From the NCBI RefSeq assembly GCF_009914755.1, contig NC_060945.1: DNA of 64,000 bases; one strand, written 5' to 3'. The stretch is from the human T2T-CHM13v2.0 reference genome, Homo sapiens. The notes below the pieces were generated by a model, which did no database searches, was not told the origin of the DNA, and was given only the letters and a program-made list of their open reading frames with translations. Positions 55,909-64,000 of the stretch are shown piece after piece (within the stretch, counting starts at the first letter, position 1; the number at the start of each line of letters is the position of its first letter). Made by a program: the position numbers and the translations under genes.

Positions 55909-57627
55909 GTGAGTGGGCAAGTCTTAATTTTTTTTTTTAATTGGAAAACTCGATCTCTAGGAGGAAAGAAAAAAAAGGCCTGGGTCCCAGAAAACTGGTT
56001 GTAGCCCTAGCTTCTTAATTTATTGGCCATGTGACTATAGACTATTTGCTTACTTGCTCTGGTCCTCAGTTTTCTGGTCTGCAGAATGGGTATCTTGATG
56101 TGTGTTGTTCTTCTCCTCCACGATATGAAACCAAAGGCCTTTATAGCTTGTTTTCTGAGGCTCCTTCCAGGTGAAAATCCTATAACTCCCAATAAAACAG
56201 CTGGAGAGGCTGTCTCTACTGCCTTTTCTGTCTACCCAGGAGTTTCCTTGGTTGATGGGAAGCTGTTTAAGAACTGAAATGAGAGAGAAGAGGCAGACAG
56301 ACCCAACCGCTACAGCTCCTATCAGAAAGGGCAGCGCCCGTGGAATTGTAGGTAGCCTGTTACTGGCTCAGAGAACAAGCAGGCCTACTTATGTTAAACC
56401 AAAAACCAGATGAAAAATGAAAGCGCCCTCTCTGCTGCATAAACATTTTATGTAGCTTCTATCATCATTCCTTTTGGGAACATTCTTTAGTAGCACAAAC
56501 TGGTAATCTCCCACTTGTCTTCTCCAAATATGACAGCAAGATTTGATTGTTTTCAGTATTATGTAGTAAACATGTTTCAGAAGCATGATTTTAAAATTGG
56601 CCTCCTCAAAGTTTAGCGTCTTGCATAATGATGATGTACGTCTCTGGCATATTACATTTTCCTTTGTATATCATTATTGAGGTTATTTGTCTGATATGAC
56701 CCAAAGAGGCAAAACTCAGCACAGTCCTTTCTGCAGTATTCTAAAGGTCATCAAACTTCAGCCTAGTGAGTCTGCTTGTTTGATTTGGCCGGACATTTTA
56801 AGCATGGCAGAAGTGGTACAAGAAATCATGGTATTAAGTTGAAACCACACCCCTTAGAAAAATCCTTCTATTAATTCAAATAATTTGACGATGCTTATGC
56901 GGTTTCTGAAAAGAAGCAGTCGTTGCTGAAATTGATGTGTTGAAATAGGAAGCACAGATTTGTATTGTCTTTTGGCTTCCTGGCTTTAAAAAAAAAAAAA
57001 AAGAATTTACGGTTAGGAAAGGCATTTCTTAGTCACCTGGGCAATGCTTGTGGGAACTTTAAAAGTTTATTGGAGGTTTCACCAAAATTAGCTCTGCTCT
57101 AAAGTAGTTTGTAAATCCAGATGAGTAATTTGCACTTGCCTGATTGATCGGTTTTCCTCGTAGATCTCAGGCAGTTGGTCATCATTGACTTGGATTTTTT
57201 TGGGCTGGGCTCCAGCCTCTGCCTGCCCTCTTTTGTAATGCGTCATTCATTGTTCTGCATTTCTAAAAAGAAAGCGGGTAACCGATTTTATTTGTAAATG
57301 TGTTACACATTTTCTTATTGATGACTCAACAGATGGGTCATTGTATTACACATAACATGGGATTTCCAGCTTATGTTGGAAAAATATAGTCTTTCTTCAC
57401 GTGTTCCTCAACAATTTAGGCGATGATGAATCCAGATATTATCGGTTACTTTCAAATGAGTCTTACATTAAAAGGTATTTCTTTCATAAATGTTATGTAA
57501 GATGCTCAGAAATCGAGTTAGTGTAAGGTTTTATCTTTCTGTGTGTCTCTTCTTTTCTGCAGATAGTTTAGTTTAACTTTAAACCTATTTCCTTTGGAAA
57601 TCTTTCCCCTTAGTAGGTGATTTGGGT

Positions 57628-57817
57628 TTTTTTTGTTTTGTTTTATTTGTTTTTTCGTTTTTGGTTTTAAGCAACAGGGTCCTTCTCTGTTGCCCAGGCG
57701 GGAGTACAGTGGCTTGATCGTAGTTCACCGCAGACTTGAACTCCTGGGCTCAAGTGATCCTCTGGCCTCAACCTCATAAAGCACTGGGGTTACAGGCATA
57801 AGCCACCCCGCCTGGCC
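57628..57817 (-). mobile_element. Alu monomer (FLAM/FRAM-like), intron 2
   Basis: T-rich tail followed by a single antisense Alu arm ending CCCGCCTGGCC. Confidence 0.8.
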
Positions 57818-58263
57818 TGGGGGCGGGGAGGGGGTTCATTTTTAAGACACTTTACTTGTTATAAAATGAAACGTTAAGGAATTTTGTCATGTATTACTAT
57901 TTTCCAAACCATTGGAATTGATGTGGAAAAGCATCTCTAGTTTCAGTTAAATTGTTTCATGGCAAACATTTCAAAATAAATGCTTCCAAAGATAAAGTAG
58001 TGTATTTCATTGTTTGATTTTTCAGTGTTTATCGGGTCATTTGCCTTTTAACTGCATTGTGCTCAGACGGCCTTGTCAAGGGTCATTTTTCTTACACACA
58101 CAGCCTAGTTGAATTTTTCTCAATGTAACAGGAGGGTCAGGTGTTTGGTAAAGGGGTCTCTGAGGCTCCTCTCGACACCATTGTAAGATTCTGTTATTTT
58201 CAGATTTGTGTATTTAATATATTAACTTAAGTGGATTAGGCCACTAAAACAAATTCCCAGTCA

Positions 58264-58620
<357 letters not shown>

Positions 58621-58802
58621 TCAGTCACTTTGACCATTTTACGAGTCTGTTTTAAGGACTGACTGGTTGATTCCATGTTTGCTTCAAAATTGCCAGTTTA
58701 ATCAGGGACTATTGGTAGGATTGCCCACAGACCACTTTTACAACAGGTAATTCAATCAGTTTAAATATTGTATTTCCATTTTTTTTCCATCTGTTTTTGC
58801 AG

Positions 58803-58914
58803 CGCCAGCCAGCCTTTGACACCTTTGATGGGTCCCTGTTTGCTGTTTTTCCTTCTCTAAATGAAGAGCAAACACTGCAAGAAGTGCCAACAGGCTTGGA
58901 TTCCATTTCTCATG
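58803..58914 (+). CDS. ETS2: ETS2 coding exon 3, aa 25-61
   Basis: Acceptor ttttgcAG (58801-02); translates as RQPAFDTFDGSLFAVFPSLNEEQTLQEVPTGLDSISH; donor GTAATT at 58915; 112 nt, ends in phase 1. Confidence 0.97.
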
Positions 58915-60072
58915 GTAATTGGTTCCTCAGACTTGACAAATTGTGCATGATTTTCCTAAGTAGTTCAGTTAATAAAGAGATGACAGTTCCTAAGTGAGAA
59001 ATGTTGGTATCTGGAATCTTTGATATGAATAGCCAGAAGTTCTGGACCTGGGAGAAGGCAGTTTTTCATTTGTATCAACTTGGTGATTCTGATGTGGATT
59101 CTGATGTCTTGAGTGCCAGACGCCCCCCAGTGAGCCGCTGTTAGGAAACTGCAGGGGAACCCCTGAGCTGCCCCTCCTGGATGTTTTCAACATTGGCAAG
59201 CAGGTCCTCATCTCCCTGCTCTGCCCTGGAAAACAGACAGAAGAGTAGACATTAAAACACACCCAAACTTGTAATTTGGGTTTGCATCATTAGTTAAATC
59301 ATCTCCCCTGCCCTGAGTTTTGGGGCAACAAATTGTTCTTTGTAATCCTTACCCATCGGTAGTTCTTTCTGTAGTTCTTCGTGTCATTGTTTATTCTTCT
59401 TAAAGGAATAGCACGTCAGATAATGTTCATACAATTACTGTGACAGAGCTATTAGTTGGAAACATGCCAGAGATGACTGTGTCATGTGAAGTAGGTGCTG
59501 AGAATACAGGCCAGAAAATTAATTAAAACGCATACACTGGCGTAAGCATAACCCTGCATGGCAGCCATTTATCATTCTTGAAATTGCTGAGGGTGTCTGG
59601 AGAAGATTGTTTTTCAATAAAAATGGAAGGTGTGGTTCCATTACCGTGCTAAGTGCGGCACATTCATATCACACTCACTTCTCAGCTCTACGCCTAGTTT
59701 AATGGAAGTGACTTCCAAATGATACAGTCCCTTCAGCCTTTTGACCAGAAACCATGCAACTGTTTTCATTGCCTACAATTTTAAAATAGACTTAGCAGTT
59801 TTCCCTACGCACAACTGCTTTGTGACGCTTTGCAAAATAGAATCAAATCTGAGTTTTATTTTAGATTTTTTTAATAAGTATAGTTCTGAGATATATATTT
59901 TCTCAATTATAGTCAGAAAAGTTTTTTGTTAATAGTTACACTGTTTTAAGGAATCATGCCAAGGTTTGAGATCAAAATTGTTCTTTTCCAAAAACTAAGA
60001 TGTCTCTCCTAAATCTCCACCTGATATCACCAACTTGAAGTCCTAATGTCCCCATGGGGGGTTTCCTTCCAG

Positions 60073-60192
60073 ACTCCGCCAACTGTGAATTGCCTTTGTT
60101 AACCCCGTGCAGCAAGGCTGTGATGAGTCAAGCCTTAAAAGCTACCTTCAGTGGCTTCAAAAAGGAACAGCGGCGCCTGGGCATTCCAAAGA
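60073..60192 (+). CDS. ETS2: ETS2 coding exon 4, aa 62-101, containing the PLLT72P MAPK phospho-acceptor (Thr codon 60102-60104) and the start of the Pointed domain
   Basis: Acceptor ttccAG (60071-72); translates as [40 protein letters not shown]; donor GTAAGT at 60193; 120 nt, phase 1-1. Confidence 0.97.
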
Positions 60193-60580
60193 GTAAGTAC
60201 TGCTTTCCTGAGCCTGCACTGGGTGAGAAGAACCAACTTCAGTGCAGTTGTTTGATCTTGACTTGTTTATTAAGCTTTTGCTTGGGGTATTCTGCAAAGA
60301 GTAGCATGGATGTCGTTAACCTGAGCCAGTTTCTGTTTCACCCCAATCAACCCAAGACTTGATCCAGAACTCATTAAATATGTAGTAGAAGGACGCATTA
60401 CTGGTGTCTTGAAATGTGCCTGGGTCGTGTCAGAATGGTGACGTGTCATCATGGTATCTTGCTCATTCGTGGGTTCTGGTGTATGTCGGTACTTGGTGCA
60501 TAAATTAGGGATGACAGTGGTCTCACTACCTTTCCACTGTTTTTACCTCATGTGTTCCATTTTTTCTTCTCTCCTGGTAG

Positions 60581-60781
60581 ACCCCTGGCTGTGGAGTGAG
60601 CAACAGGTATGCCAGTGGCTTCTCTGGGCCACCAATGAGTTCAGTCTGGTGAACGTGAATCTGCAGAGGTTCGGCATGAATGGCCAGATGCTGTGTAACC
60701 TTGGCAAGGAACGCTTTCTGGAGCTGGCACCTGACTTTGTGGGTGACATTCTCTGGGAACATCTGGAGCAAATGATCAAAG
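60581..60781 (+). CDS. ETS2: ETS2 coding exon 5, aa 102-168, Pointed (PNT/SAM) domain core with LxLxxxF ERK-docking motif (60718-60738)
   Basis: Acceptor ctcctggtAG (60579-80); translates as [67 protein letters not shown]; donor GT at 60782; 201 nt, phase 1-1. Confidence 0.97.
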
Positions 60782-60970
60782 GTACCAGCTGAACGTCTTA
60801 CTTCTCCTTGTCCAGGATGAGCTGTGGCCGGGAAGACTGATTGGGAAAGTCACGTGGGTGTTCTTCAACCTTAGGGTTGCCACTTGAAATGACATAGAGT
60901 ACCTTGCCTCAAAATGCCACTCAAGTGAGTCAGATATATGGCAGTGATTATAGATTTTTATCCCACTTTA

Positions 60971-60975
<5 letters not shown>

Positions 60976-61005
<30 letters not shown>
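60976..61005. repeat. (GT)15 microsatellite, intron 5
   Basis: Perfect GT run. Confidence 0.95.
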
Positions 61006-61008
<3 letters not shown>

Positions 61009-61450
61009 GCATCAAGTATAGCCACAAGGTAGTAGCCTTAGTCACTAAATTGTTTGCTATTGCTGGCTGTATTCATCACGGGAGTCCATGTTGACTCAGA
61101 TATGTAGGACAGCAAGAATTCCCACGTCTTCTGAGCTCACCTTACAGAGCTAAGAGATATGGCAGCCTTAATGAAAGGGGGGAGCCTTTACTCACATAAA
61201 CCCTGTGAATTCTACTGTAAATTTTCCTACATCCAAATGGAATGTATTTTGGATGTTGAGGATTGTTGAGGGGGCGGGGTCTGTTTTTAAACAAGTGAGA
61301 AATTGATATATATTTACACGCTATCATATTGTACAGAAACTGGCCATTGATCAGTAGAAATCTCACCAAATACAGAGAAAGTCTTGATTCAAAACTTAAA
61401 ATAGCAGGGAGACCAATGTTTAAAACATGTTGAGTTAAAAAAGAAAAGAG

Positions 61451-62023
<573 letters not shown>

Positions 62024-62764
62024 TCAACAGCTAACTTTTTTTAGTTACGGCGTCTGAGGGCCAGGGAAACTCATTTTTAAAGACCCTCATTTCTTCTGAA
62101 CTTGGACAGGGCTTTTCTACCAAGTTTCTGGTGATCTGTTTATTGGCAAATTGGGCCTGTTTTACCATTCCTCGGGCCTGTGAGTTTGTGTGTATTTGGG
62201 TTTCCGGGTGGACGTGCACTTTGTAATATATTCGTAGTAAGTATGCATACACAGTGCACAAACCTTTTCCCTTTCAAAGTTCTTGGGCACATGTGTTCCC
62301 CATCCCAGACTCCCACAGCCCTGGAGACTTCCCACACCCTGGGGAAGCGTGCAGGTTTGGAAGCAGTGGAACTGTAAGCTTCACGGGGGCAGACACCATC
62401 CATTTTATTAATTTCCTGTATGCAGCCTCTGGTACAGATGGCATTTCATAAATACTTAACTGTTTCTTGAATGCATGAATGAATTCAATACACCATCTGG
62501 ACCTTTTGCGATAGAAAATTTAGTGTTGCCAATGACATCATTCATTTTGGAAAATTTATTTTAGTAATTGGAAAAATGGGTTGCTTTCTCTCGTTTTTTG
62601 AAAAAGACAGGCAGGGACGTGGAGCACCATGAGATTAAATGTGAAGCACTCCGTGCATCTCATCATTCTAAAATTATCATCTCACAGGAATTCAGAAAGT
62701 CAATTTGTTCTGTGTAGTTTTCACCTACATCTGCCATCTTACGTCTCCTGTGTCTGCTTTTCAG

Positions 62765-62848
62765 AAAACCAAGAAAAGACAGAAGATCAATATGAAGAAA
62801 ATTCACACCTCACCTCCGTTCCTCATTGGATTAACAGCAATACATTAG
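62765..62848 (+). CDS. ETS2: ETS2 coding exon 6, aa 169-196; later exons, including the ETS domain, lie beyond the window
   Basis: Acceptor ctttttcAG (62763-64); translates as ENQEKTEDQYEENSHLTSVPHWINSNTL; donor GTCAGT at 62849; 84 nt, phase 1-1. Confidence 0.96.
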   Translation, partial: KTKKRQKINMKKIHTSPPFLIGLTAIH

Positions 62849-62944
62849 GTCAGTCCGATTGATTCTGCCCTTAAGAACTTTGTCTTCAGTCTTCCCAGTA
62901 GACTTGGAATCTCTCTACTGTAGGCTCCTAAGGGGCCACCTAGA

Positions 62945-63262
62945 CCTGTGTGTCTCTTATGGTGGCCACACGTGGGTGTTGAGCTATAAGCCATTGAAAT
63001 GTGACTGGTCCACATCGAGATGTGTAGGAAGAGTATAGTCATGCACACCAGATTTGGAAGTCTTAGTATGAAACAGAGAATATAAAATGTCTCCCTGATA
63101 ATTTTTAATGTATTGATTACATATTGAAATGATAATTGCTATATGAGGCCAAGTAAAATAAGAAAATTAACTTCACCTGTTTCTTTTTGCTTTTTTAATA
63201 TGGCCACTAGAACTTTCGCAGTTGCTTAAGTGGCTCACACGATCTTCCATAGGTCAGCACTG
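62945..63262 (+). mobile_element. MER33-like hAT-Charlie fragment, intron 6
   Basis: TTGAAATGTGACTGGTCC...CACACCAGATTTGGAAG...AAAATTAACTTCACCTGTTTCTTTT...CAGCACTG. Confidence 0.65.
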
Positions 63263-64000
63263 TTAGTGCTAGTCCAGGCAATTCTTAGAGCAAGGAGCAG
63301 AACGAAGTGAGCTGATTACCGCAGTCACCAGTAATGTTGGTTTAGTGTAGCAAACAAGAGGCGGCAGGCACAGAGTGCGTGAAAAGCAATTTGTAAACTG
63401 GCTCTGAACTTGGGAGCTTAAAGAGCTGTCATGGAATCTGGGTCCTTTCTTCTGGTTGCTGATACTGGGGAGGGCACAGGGTCTGGCCAGGCCAGCGAGG
63501 GAGGGGTCCTCGGAACAGCAGGCTTGGGTGGTGTTGGTCCGGCCCAGTGTTTTCTCTCTGGCCCCAGCTCCACCATTCAGACCCGGTGAAGCCCACCTCT
63601 CTGCCCCACTGGGGGCTTCCTGCTCAGGAGGTCTTTCTGAACATGACAGTGGGACACCCTGTGCCTGCCTGAACCTGAATCAGAGTCAGAGAGCTTCCTT
63701 CCCTCTCCAGAAAATAAATTATTCTGCAATGAACAGAGACAGGAGCGGTGTGATGAAGGAGCAGAAAGCAGAGTGGGCTGTGCCTCAGCACACAGGGTTC
63801 ATGGCCTGGTTCTGCCCTTATGAATCACACAGTACATGACACGTCACTTGGTCTGTCTGAGCCTTACTCTCCTCGGAAGCTAAAAGAGCCAGTGAGCCCT
63901 GTCTTCCTGAAGGTCCCATGAAAGCACTAGGGTTGTAGAAATAGGAACATTGAGTCCTGCCTGCAGAGGCTGCAGTCATTTTGGCAGAGGGCTGCTGGTT

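Noticed and set aside
58735-58752. CAACAG|GTAATT motif 56 nt upstream of exon 3, as a possible recursive splice site
   Set aside because: The pyrimidine tract is weak and the intron is short (2.9 kb); probably a chance match.

Overview
Primate (human-like) genomic DNA containing the 5' part of the ETS2 proto-oncogene on the + strand, plus about 51 kb of upstream non-coding sequence; from memory this is the chr21q22 locus. ETS2 is identified from its translated exons. It has a CpG-island, TATA-less promoter with a long CT tract (~50.9-52.6 kb), a non-coding exon 1 (donor after 51914) and coding exons at 55837-55908, 58803-58914, 60073-60192, 60581-60781 and 62765-62848. These encode aa 1-196, including the ERK site T72 and the Pointed domain; the gene continues beyond the window. 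The upstream region is mostly interspersed repeats (many Alus, MaLR/ERV LTRs, L1/L2/MIR fragments, MER20/30/46/119 and a near full-length Tigger1) with a few repeat-free, motif-dense candidate enhancers. I found no new protein-coding system, CRISPR array or RNA gene; almost all ORF-track entries are repeat-derived or GC/low-complexity artefacts. The most unusual signals are DNA repair and retrotransposition scars: a young 134-bp templated copy inserted into an Alu with an intron-like layout, a tail-less internal L1 ORF1 fragment with a perfect 16-bp target-site duplication (TSD), a twin-primed L1PA and a template-switch scar in an LTR. Also notable are an in-frame N-terminal extension ORF running through the ETS2 promoter and a (GGAA)13-(GGGA)n purine tract inside this ETS gene. 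Repeat family calls come from my recall of consensus sequences, not from a database search.
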